From positions 1-30,121 of the IMG/VR virus record IMGVR_UViG_3300025732_000190: DNA of 30,121 nucleotides; one strand, 5' to 3'. Below, in pieces: positions 1 to 7,255 of this stretch. The position numbers and the translations under genes were made by a program. Within the stretch, counting starts at the first letter, position 1. The number at the start of each line of letters is the position of its first letter. The notes under the pieces were generated by a model. The model was not told the origin of the DNA and ran no database searches. It saw only the letters and a program-made list of their open reading frames with translations. The stretch comes from a virus (taxonomy: Duplodnaviria > Caudoviricetes).

Positions 1-1
1 A

Positions 2-394
2 TTTACAGCCCACACAGTGCATGGTGGAGTATTTTCAAGACTTCCGATCTGGGCGTTTGCTCCAATTACAGCAAAGTTCAGCAATACGCCAACAAAGAAA
101 CTTCAACGCTGGAGTGTACTTGGTACAGAGTGTGAAGTGATCGCGCCACTGTATCTTAAGGACTATAGAGTGAAAACTCATTTTGGTGAGGGGACGTACA
201 AGTTCACTGTAGACTTCACTGATGGAATGTTTAGCGAAGATCCTGAGCAACACAAGTCACTTCATTTTATTGAGTTAAATGAAACATACGCATTGCTGCC
301 AAATAACGAGTGCAGGTTTGTTGACTCGCACTTTGTTGAAGATACAGCAATTGAATACAAGAGAAACATAGAATACTTTACAACGGAGGAATAA
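2..394 (+). CDS. Conserved phage hypothetical protein, 5'-truncated by the window edge
   Basis: Frame is open from base 2 (FTAHTVHGGVFSRLPIWAF...), so the GTG at 17 is probably internal. Motifs RLPIxAF, GxYxFTxD, SExPExHK and PNN resemble a family I recall from aquatic phages. TAATG-coupled to the next gene. Confidence 0.7.
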   Translation, partial: FTAHTVHGGVFSRLPIWAFAPITAKFSNTPTKKLQRWSVLGTECEVIAPLYLKDYRVKTHFGEGTYKFTVDFTDGMFSEDPEQHKSLHFIELNETYALLPNNECRFVDSHFVEDTAIEYKRNIEYFTTEE

Positions 395-1287
395 TGAGCA
401 CATTTCAAAAGTCTGATTCATGGCACGCAGAACGAGCAAAAGGTATCGGTGGTTCAGAGATTGCAGCTATTCTTGGAATCTCACCATATACAACTGCTTA
501 TGAGTTATGGCTTGAGAAAACTGGCAAGAAGCCACGCATGGACATCTCACACTTGCCACACGTTCAGCGGGGTATTTTAGGAGAAGACGTTTGTAGAATG
601 ATGCTTGAACGCAGTCAGCTAAAGTCGTACAAGCCTAAAACGTGGCAGGGTCTTAAGCCGTGGCACCGTTGCTCTGATGACGGATGGAATCTTGATGACA
701 ATGTGATCTTGGAGATCAAGTGCATGGGATCTCAAAACCATCAGCTTGCAAGTGAAGGAATTGTGCCAGATTATTATGCGTGCCAAGTGCAATGGAACTT
801 GTTTGTGTCAAAAGCTTCCAAGTGTTTGTTTATTTCATTTAAGCCTGAAGATGAATCAATGCACATTGTAGAAGTGTTGCCGAAGATTGATGAGCAAAAG
901 AAAATCGAAGAGGCTGTTGATTTCTTTTGGTTATCCAATGTACAAGCAGATATTCCACCAGCGTTGAAGGAAAAGGATTATGTCAGGATCGCAGACAAAA
1001 AACTCGAAGAAACTCTCGCAGAATACGAAAGACTCCAAAAAGAATCAAAAGCTATTGAAGGACAGATTGAAGCTCTTAAAGAAAGTGTACGCGAGTATGT
1101 TAAAAACCACCCAGCGATCTCCACGCCATCTGGATATAGAATCAGCTTATCTTCTCGTAAAGGTGGTGTCGATTATGCAAAGTATTGCGGTGATAAAGGA
1201 ATCACGCCTGAAGAACTCAAAGCTTACGAAAAAAAGCCTGTAGAAGTATTTTCAATTAAAAAGTCAGCAAGCTTCTTTGCGCCATAA
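394..1287 (+). CDS. YqaJ-like (lambda exonuclease family) phage exonuclease with C-terminal coiled coil
   Basis: WHAERAKGIGGSEIAAILGISPY..AYELWLEKTG, CSDDG, ILEIKC and YYACQVQWNL match YqaJ/PD-(D/E)xK motifs; GGAGGA SD upstream. Confidence 0.92.
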   Translation: MSTFQKSDSWHAERAKGIGGSEIAAILGISPYTTAYELWLEKTGKKPRMDISHLPHVQRGILGEDVCRMMLERSQLKSYKPKTWQGLKPWHRCSDDGWNLDDNVILEIKCMGSQNHQLASEGIVPDYYACQVQWNLFVSKASKCLFISFKPEDESMHIVEVLPKIDEQKKIEEAVDFFWLSNVQADIPPALKEKDYVRIADKKLEETLAEYERLQKESKAIEGQIEALKESVREYVKNHPAISTPSGYRISLSSRKGGVDYAKYCGDKGITPEELKAYEKKPVEVFSIKKSASFFAP

Positions 1288-1332
1288 GTTTGACACTGTT
1301 GCAGCCTATGGGAATCATAGTACCATAATAAT

Positions 1333-1581
1333 ATGAGGCTGCGAGAAGCAATCTTAAGACTAGAGGGATGCCACAATATACCGACACTCTTTTCTGTATC
1401 GAGTGAACTTGCTGAAGTATTTGCTGGAAACAATGTAGTATTAGAATACCTGTCTGACATCGCGTGTGAAATCCTTGAAGGGTTTGAAGACGATATGCTC
1501 ACAGATGAAGAGTTAGAGCGTGGTCGTAAACAGCTTTTCTCAAGAAGAGTATTCACTAATGGCTCGCTACCCGAAGCCTAG
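1333..1581 (+). CDS. Hypothetical acidic protein, 82 aa
   Basis: ATG ORF filling the gap between co-oriented genes; no recognisable motif. Confidence 0.6.
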   Translation: MRLREAILRLEGCHNIPTLFSVSSELAEVFAGNNVVLEYLSDIACEILEGFEDDMLTDEELERGRKQLFSRRVFTNGSLPEA

Positions 1582-2029
1582 CGAAGAAGATTTTGTCTTC
1601 TTTAGAATATATAAAAAAAGAAAGAACGATGCCAAGTGGCGAAAGATTAAATGGAATCTTTCGTTTAAAGATTTCCTATATCTGTCAAAAAAAAATTGTT
1701 TTTTTTGTAATGCAGAACCAAGTAACGAAATATCAAAATCAATAGATGTTGCTAAAAGTAAAAGGCATATTAAATTTCAAGGCATTGATCGTATAGATTC
1801 TAAACTAGGTTATTCTAAAAATAACGTGCTCCCATGTTGCTGGGTTTGTAACAGAATTAAAAACAATACAAGTGCTATGGAGTTTTTATGCCACGTTCAA
1901 AAGATGCTCCCAAAGCTGACAACTTTAGTTATCAGAAATGTAGAAACAAGAAGTGGGAAAAAAGATACGGAAACAGCGTTAGGGTTGGAAGAAGAGATTA
2001 TTCGATTGTCTTCTGTGAAGTTATCATAG
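1559..2029 (+). CDS. HNH-family endonuclease (Cys-rich, phage homing-endonuclease type); likely start ATG 1559
   Basis: CFFC ... GIDRIDSKLGYSKNNVLPCCWVCNRIK is the typical phage CxxC/GIDRID..GY...NV..CC..CN..K HNH variant. Confidence 0.82.
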   Translation: MARYPKPSEEDFVFFRIYKKRKNDAKWRKIKWNLSFKDFLYLSKKNCFFCNAEPSNEISKSIDVAKSKRHIKFQGIDRIDSKLGYSKNNVLPCCWVCNRIKNNTSAMEFLCHVQKMLPKLTTLVIRNVETRSGKKDTETALGLEEEIIRLSSVKLS

Positions 2030-2259
2030 ATGATTCGAGAGATCGTATTGCTGGTCTCTGTGATCCTAATAATCATGCTATTTACGTTGACGTAACAACA
2101 GAGGTTGAATCAACTCTGTTGCATGAAATATGTCATGCAGAAATATATGAGGCAGGATTCCACCAGCGAGAAGATTGGGACTCAAATCTTGAAGAACAAA
2201 TTGTTGAATGTATATCTCAAGGTATTGCTCACGCTTTCTCTTTGCGCAAGCGTTCATAA
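1888..2259 (+). CDS. Phage zinc metallopeptidase-like protein (HEXXH)
   Basis: TLLHEICHA motif plus downstream EEQIVE third-ligand region; GGAG SD 5 nt before ATG 1888. Confidence 0.8.
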   Translation: MPRSKDAPKADNFSYQKCRNKKWEKRYGNSVRVGRRDYSIVFCEVIIDDSRDRIAGLCDPNNHAIYVDVTTEVESTLLHEICHAEIYEAGFHQREDWDSNLEEQIVECISQGIAHAFSLRKRS

Positions 2260-2393
2260 GCATTTGCCTTCTCAGGGAGCTTCTTCCCCTTTGATGCCTT
2301 ATCATACTCTTTGATAGTCTTCTCACTAATGCCAGCTTTCTTTGCACCAGCAGAATGAAAAAATCTACGTTGTGCGTCTGATTTGTATGGCAT
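2229..2393 (-). CDS. Small basic conserved phage protein (MPYKSxAQRxFFH...KGKKLPE), 54 aa; last gene of the late run
   Basis: ATG at 2393 overlaps the TAA of the upstream gene (TAATG); the motif is familiar from many phage genomes; function unknown. Confidence 0.75.
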   Translation of the reverse strand: MPYKSDAQRRFFHSAGAKKAGISEKTIKEYDKASKGKKLPEKANAYERLRKEKA

Positions 2394-3892
2394 TATTTTT
2401 GTTCTCCATATTGTTGTTGTAGCCATTGATAAACGTCTGGGCCATATTTTTGAGCCATTACTTTACTTCCAGCGGCAGTTCCAGCACCAATTAAATTAGC
2501 TATTGCTTCATTTGAAAGCGCCTGTCCTACTCTAGTTCTTAATGCCCCTGATTTAAGGGCTTTCCCAGCAAACATTGCAGCACCAGCTTCAGGGCTTGCA
2601 GCAGTAACAGCAGCCTTTGTCTCACTTAATAAGGGACGAGTGGCTTCAGATGTAGCCATTTGATATGCTGGTTTTTGAACTGTCAAAAGATTGCCCATAT
2701 CTTTATTATTTACTTTATAAATATCAGCGGTTTCTTTACCAAGAGATTTTTCAATATAATCTTCAGCGCCTTCTTGGAAAATTTTTCTAACTTGTTTTCC
2801 AATTTTGTCACCAGATTTTGTTTTTGCCAAAGTATCCCATGCACTTTGTGGAATTGATTCGCTCCAATCTCTTTTGATCTGCGACAATTCTGATGAATTA
2901 AGTTTTACTTCTTTTGCAGGAATTTTAGTTACTTTTTGTTTTGTAATTGGAGTACCGCTTTGGTCAAGCAATCCAGTAGGAACATTTTCTACAAGTTCTT
3001 GCGCTGGCTTTGATTCGATTCTAGCCAACTGGTCGTCTATAAGACTTTTAAGTTCTTGAGCAACTTTTGCCGCTGGCTCAGATTTACCTTCTTTAATTAC
3101 TACTTCTAATTCGTTGCTTAACTGTCTTAATTCTTTATCTACGTTTGAAAGACCTTTACCAGCAAGGTCAGCGGCTTTCTCTATTTCTTTATTTTGAAAT
3201 GCAAGCTTATCTAATACTTCTTCTGTCTTTGCAACACGAGCCTCTGCTCCACCAGCGATATTGTGACGAAGCATTGTATCAGTTAATGCTCCAGCTTCTT
3301 TTCCAGCACGTACTGCTGCTTGCTCTAACTTGCTTATACCAGATTTAAAAATTGTTTTACCAAGACCTTTAACGCCACCAGATAATAATTTAGCACCAGC
3401 TATTGCTGCTCCAGGATCAGCTAGGTCATATCCAGTTGCTTTTACAGCACTCCATAAAGGATTTTTCTCAATATCTTCCGGCTTATTGGTTCTTTCAACA
3501 ATTTCAGCGCCCGTTGGAAATCCTTCAATAAGAGCTTTCGATAACTCTTCGCCTGAGTATCCAGCTCCAGATAATTGGCCAATAGCCATCCTTGTTGGCC
3601 CAGCACCAGTACCAACGTCTAGTGTTTGAACTAATCCCTTTTTAGCAACATCTGCTTTTTGTTCATCAGTAAGTCCAGCAGTGACGTTTTGAAAAGCCGT
3701 CTCAAAAGGAGATACACCAACATTTTTCAAATTTCCCCAAAACGATCTATCTACTTCTGGAGGTTTATTGGCTTTTTCCTTAGCTTCTTCAACATCAAGT
3801 AATGAAGAAAACTTCGCACGTTGCTCATCTGTTAAATCAGTTCTTGCCTGCAATAGTTCTTTTATCTTTTGTATTTTCTCTAACCGTGTCAT
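2393..3892 (-). CDS. Putative internal virion/ejection protein, 499 aa
   Basis: Ala/Gly/Lys/Glu-rich helical composition; last large gene after the tail genes, where podoviruses keep DNA-transfer proteins. Confidence 0.6.
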   Translation of the reverse strand: MTRLEKIQKIKELLQARTDLTDEQRAKFSSLLDVEEAKEKANKPPEVDRSFWGNLKNVGVSPFETAFQNVTAGLTDEQKADVAKKGLVQTLDVGTGAGPTRMAIGQLSGAGYSGEELSKALIEGFPTGAEIVERTNKPEDIEKNPLWSAVKATGYDLADPGAAIAGAKLLSGGVKGLGKTIFKSGISKLEQAAVRAGKEAGALTDTMLRHNIAGGAEARVAKTEEVLDKLAFQNKEIEKAADLAGKGLSNVDKELRQLSNELEVVIKEGKSEPAAKVAQELKSLIDDQLARIESKPAQELVENVPTGLLDQSGTPITKQKVTKIPAKEVKLNSSELSQIKRDWSESIPQSAWDTLAKTKSGDKIGKQVRKIFQEGAEDYIEKSLGKETADIYKVNNKDMGNLLTVQKPAYQMATSEATRPLLSETKAAVTAASPEAGAAMFAGKALKSGALRTRVGQALSNEAIANLIGAGTAAGSKVMAQKYGPDVYQWLQQQYGEQK

Positions 3893-4842
3893 TTAGATTT
3901 ACCCTGAGGCTTAGATAATTCATTAAGCATTGCATCTAATGGATCTTTTTTCTCAACATTTTTTTCAGGTTGTTTTTTAGTTTCAGCTTTTGGAGCAATC
4001 AATCTCTTTGGTGCTCCTGCTCTTTCTAAGTTAACAAACGATTGGCTGAATACTTTTTCACCAAATGCTTCTGGTGTATTAAACAAATGCGAGTAATAAG
4101 GATTTGCTGCATATCCTTCTTTCATAAGTTTAAAGTTATTTCTAAGTCGATTTGTAGTTGAAGCCTTAGAAACTTGCATTTGCTCAATATATGGCCTTAA
4201 TTTTTCGGCGGGAATTTTTCCATCCTTGCCAATTTTTATTTTACTCATCTCAAACAATGTTGTTTCCAAATCTCTTAAATACATTGATCTATTAACATCA
4301 CCCTCAGAAAGAGCACCCTTTTCTCCACCTACACTTCTTGCATAATTAGACAATGAACCAAGGACTTTCCTAAGATCATAGGTTCCGTCAGGATTAGGAG
4401 TAAACGCATTTTCGATTGTAGCGTAATCTTGCTCAATCTTTGATGCCTCACTATCAAGTTTTGATTTCTTATTTAAAATATCTTTTATAGCTGATCTATC
4501 TTGAGCTTCTGCAAATCGTCTATTGATAGCGTTTTGCTTTTCGGCGTCACGAGAACCACCGCCAGCAAGCTGAGCTGCTAATAATTCATCAATCTTTTTC
4601 TGAGACCCTTGAGTCTGGGCTAAGTTAGATTCAGCGGCAGTTTGTGCGAGCTTTCCACCAGCCAGAGCATCAAGCTGAGCTGCAAGTGGAGTCCAATCAA
4701 TGGGTGGAATTTGTGCAGCTTTGATTCTTTCTGCTAACTGTTCACGAAGAAGTTTCTTTCTTTCGTCTTCATCTTCTTGTTGCTTTTGAAGAAGACTCTT
4801 TGAATCTTCCATTTGAAGTTGGTTAAGCAAATCTTCTTCCAT
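3889..4842 (-). CDS. Putative internal virion/ejection protein, 317 aa
   Basis: Coiled-coil-rich; GEKGALSEGDV resembles the GxxSExD motif often seen in podovirus ejection proteins; synteny. Confidence 0.6.
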   Translation of the reverse strand: MEEDLLNQLQMEDSKSLLQKQQEDEDERKKLLREQLAERIKAAQIPPIDWTPLAAQLDALAGGKLAQTAAESNLAQTQGSQKKIDELLAAQLAGGGSRDAEKQNAINRRFAEAQDRSAIKDILNKKSKLDSEASKIEQDYATIENAFTPNPDGTYDLRKVLGSLSNYARSVGGEKGALSEGDVNRSMYLRDLETTLFEMSKIKIGKDGKIPAEKLRPYIEQMQVSKASTTNRLRNNFKLMKEGYAANPYYSHLFNTPEAFGEKVFSQSFVNLERAGAPKRLIAPKAETKKQPEKNVEKKDPLDAMLNELSKPQGKSK

Positions 4843-4849
4843 TAGACAC

Positions 4850-5227
4850 CTATTGATTCATATAAAAATCGCGCATTGCTCTTAGCTGCGGATCTGTTGT
4901 GTACTCGCCACCTTGATATTGACCGCTAAGTTTATTTAACATTTCTTTATTCATACCTGCCTGCTGCATACCTTGATAGATATTCATTCCTTGCATCGCT
5001 CCGCTCATCCCCCCTTGGAGAGCAGATAACAATGGAGAAGGTTTATCCATCATTTCAGGCAATCGAGCTTTTTGCCCATAAGTACCTGCCCATGCTTGGT
5101 CAAGTACGTTACGTCGCATATTTGATTCTTCCATTTTTTCAATGGCTTTTTTCTTTGCACGAGCACTGAAATAATTAAGAAGACCACCACCACCAGCGCC
5201 TAGTAGTGCCATTGTAACTGGATCCAT
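4850..5227 (-). CDS. Putative small ejection/pilot protein, 125 aa
   Basis: N-terminus MDPVTMALLGAGGGGLL and Gly/Met/Gln-rich helices are typical of T7 gp14/P22 gp7-like proteins; GGAGGG SD. Confidence 0.65.
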   Translation of the reverse strand: MDPVTMALLGAGGGGLLNYFSARAKKKAIEKMEESNMRRNVLDQAWAGTYGQKARLPEMMDKPSPLLSALQGGMSGAMQGMNIYQGMQQAGMNKEMLNKLSGQYQGGEYTTDPQLRAMRDFYMNQ

Positions 5228-5236
5228 AAACCCTCC

Positions 5237-6019
5237 TTAAAATCCTTTATCCATTCTTGAAAGCATAGCATCTTGTCTTGCTTTTGCTGTACCAGAAACG
5301 ATATCAGCTTTCTTGCCATACTTCTGCATTTCATAAGCGTTGATACCTTCAATATCGCCGCCCTTCATTCTAAGATAATCCCCACGAAGACCACGCTGAG
5401 TTGCACCTTCAGCGGCAGTGATTCCAAGTTGCTGTTGAGCCGCTTGTGATCTTAAATCAGCAAGACCCCTTCCAGCTTGAAGTCTAGCTGCCTGCCTTTC
5501 AGCCATTGACTGACCACCAAGACCAGAAGCAATGCGTTCTCTTGCTCCACTCGATAAACCACCTTGTTGCGCTAATTGAGAATAAGCATTTGCTTGCGCT
5601 CCACCAGCTCCAATGGATTGAGTTTCAAGATTGCTTGCTAACTGTTCGCCCATTTGCCTTTCTTGCTGACCAGCAAGTTCTTTGGCTTGAGATCGTTGGG
5701 CTTCATATTCTTTCATTGGCCCGCCACCATAAGCCTCTTGCTGCAAAGCTTTAGCTTCTTCAGAACCAATAATAGATTGCCTACCTGGCATTTCTCCAAG
5801 AATTCCAAGTTGCTTTGCCTCAGTCTCGCCAATCATTCCTTGAAGCTGATCGTAAGCATTAATTTGTCTTTGGCGCTTATTGGCCTTGCTTTTTTTTACT
5901 GCTTTAACTGCAAGAGGGATAGCACCAAGAGTACCAACTGCTGCCCCAACTCCCAGACCTTTTTTTGCAACTTTACCAATACCCTTACCGATACCTTTAA
6001 TAAATCCACCCAATCCCAT
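5237..6019 (-). CDS. Putative ejection/pilot protein, 260 aa (start ATG 6019)
   Basis: Gly/Lys amphipathic N-terminus, Gln/Ala-rich helices and LAQQGGLSSGA motif; first gene after the adaptor. Confidence 0.62.
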   Translation of the reverse strand: MGLGGFIKGIGKGIGKVAKKGLGVGAAVGTLGAIPLAVKAVKKSKANKRQRQINAYDQLQGMIGETEAKQLGILGEMPGRQSIIGSEEAKALQQEAYGGGPMKEYEAQRSQAKELAGQQERQMGEQLASNLETQSIGAGGAQANAYSQLAQQGGLSSGARERIASGLGGQSMAERQAARLQAGRGLADLRSQAAQQQLGITAAEGATQRGLRGDYLRMKGGDIEGINAYEMQKYGKKADIVSGTAKARQDAMLSRMDKGF

Positions 6020-6021
6020 AA

Positions 6022-6942
6022 TTAAATCATACTCCAATCTGCGAATGATAAATCTTGTTCAATTTCGTCGTCTTGATCTGGAACCATGTTAGCCAATGTC
6101 TCAAGCATTTGATTCCTATAATCCTCAAGCTTTTGAGTTTCTGCTGCGATCCTTGGATTGCCAATCTCTTTATTAAGACAGTTTACAATAACGTGCTGAG
6201 CAACGAAATGCCAAAATTCAGGAAAATCTATATAGTCAGTTGCTACTGTCGGAATATCTACATTACGAATATACCAGAGCTGAACTCTTGGCTCAATTAA
6301 AGTAATAGAAGCCCCAGGAGATGAACCAAGACCATTGGTACTCATTGTAATATCAAATTCAGAATTAACAGACTGAACAAGAACTTGTTTTGGCATATTA
6401 GCATTTGTGCTCGATATAAACCAAGATGGAGCGATACCAACAGTCGTGCCCATATTTAACAACACATTAGAAGTTGAAATATCTGCATTTGTAGAAATTA
6501 CGCCACTGCTTTCTGTAGGTGTTGGAAATAATCTTAACTTCGTTCCAGACCTAGTGTCATTATTAACCAACATATAACCATAGTTACCTTGTGTTGGGAT
6601 TCCAAATTTTCTCGTATAGTCTGAGTCTTCAAATCTATTCTTATTTGTTATTCGTTTAATTGGCCTAGTGATTGATCCGTCCGAATAAACAACTCTAAGT
6701 ATTTTGTTGCCGTAAATGTTGCTGGGTAAATCATAATCAAATTTTCCAGCAACAAGTGTTATCGGAGCATGAGCTACAAAATACTGATCTTGAATGTTAA
6801 GTTTATGAATCTCAGCTTCACAAAACTTTAAAGCTTCTTCTGTGTATTTAAGAACTTCTTCATCTGTGATAAAATCTTCATCTCTAAGATCAAGCTTATC
6901 CTGCACAAATAAAAGCAAATCATTGTATGTTTTCTGACTCAT
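6022..6942 (-). CDS. Head-tail adaptor / tail tubular protein A-like, 306 aa
   Basis: N-terminal helices TYNDLLLFVQDKLD..FITDEEVLKY, LVAGKFDYDLPS, LRLFPTP and DFPEFWHFVAQH follow the podovirus adaptor pattern. Confidence 0.7.
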   Translation of the reverse strand: MSQKTYNDLLLFVQDKLDLRDEDFITDEEVLKYTEEALKFCEAEIHKLNIQDQYFVAHAPITLVAGKFDYDLPSNIYGNKILRVVYSDGSITRPIKRITNKNRFEDSDYTRKFGIPTQGNYGYMLVNNDTRSGTKLRLFPTPTESSGVISTNADISTSNVLLNMGTTVGIAPSWFISSTNANMPKQVLVQSVNSEFDITMSTNGLGSSPGASITLIEPRVQLWYIRNVDIPTVATDYIDFPEFWHFVAQHVIVNCLNKEIGNPRIAAETQKLEDYRNQMLETLANMVPDQDDEIEQDLSFADWSMI

Positions 6943-7255
6943 AACTTCCCCCGAAAAATCTAACGGTCATTGCCGCAGACGTGGTAAGCACAATATATTT
7001 TGGCGTAAATTGATTATAAAGAAAAGTGGCAGTGCCACCAATTTCAGATGTTTTAATAATATCTTTTGGCTGAAATCCAAGATTATGCGGAATCTTTAAT
7101 GCAGTAACAGCATTTTTAGTTGTAATGTTAAAGAATTGAAATTTACCACGAAGAAGAGATTCTTGTTTCAAGTAATCGTAAAACCATTGAACAGCTTCTC
7201 TTACTCGCTCGTCTTCAATCTCTTCAAATACAGGTCTTCGCAAAACAGTCGTCAT
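6920..7255 (-). CDS. Small tail-associated virion protein (possible needle/plug), 111 aa
   Basis: N-terminal helix followed by a beta domain with IPHNLGFQP motif common in phage tail proteins; directly after the nozzle. Confidence 0.5.
   Translation of the reverse strand: MTTVLRRPVFEEIEDERVREAVQWFYDYLKQESLLRGKFQFFNITTKNAVTALKIPHNLGFQPKDIIKTSEIGGTATFLYNQFTPKYIVLTTSAAMTVRFFGGSYESENIQ

Noticed and set aside
1290-1329. TTGACA promoter upstream of 1333
   Set aside because: Perfect -35 but no acceptable -10 at 16-18 bp spacing; too weak to call.
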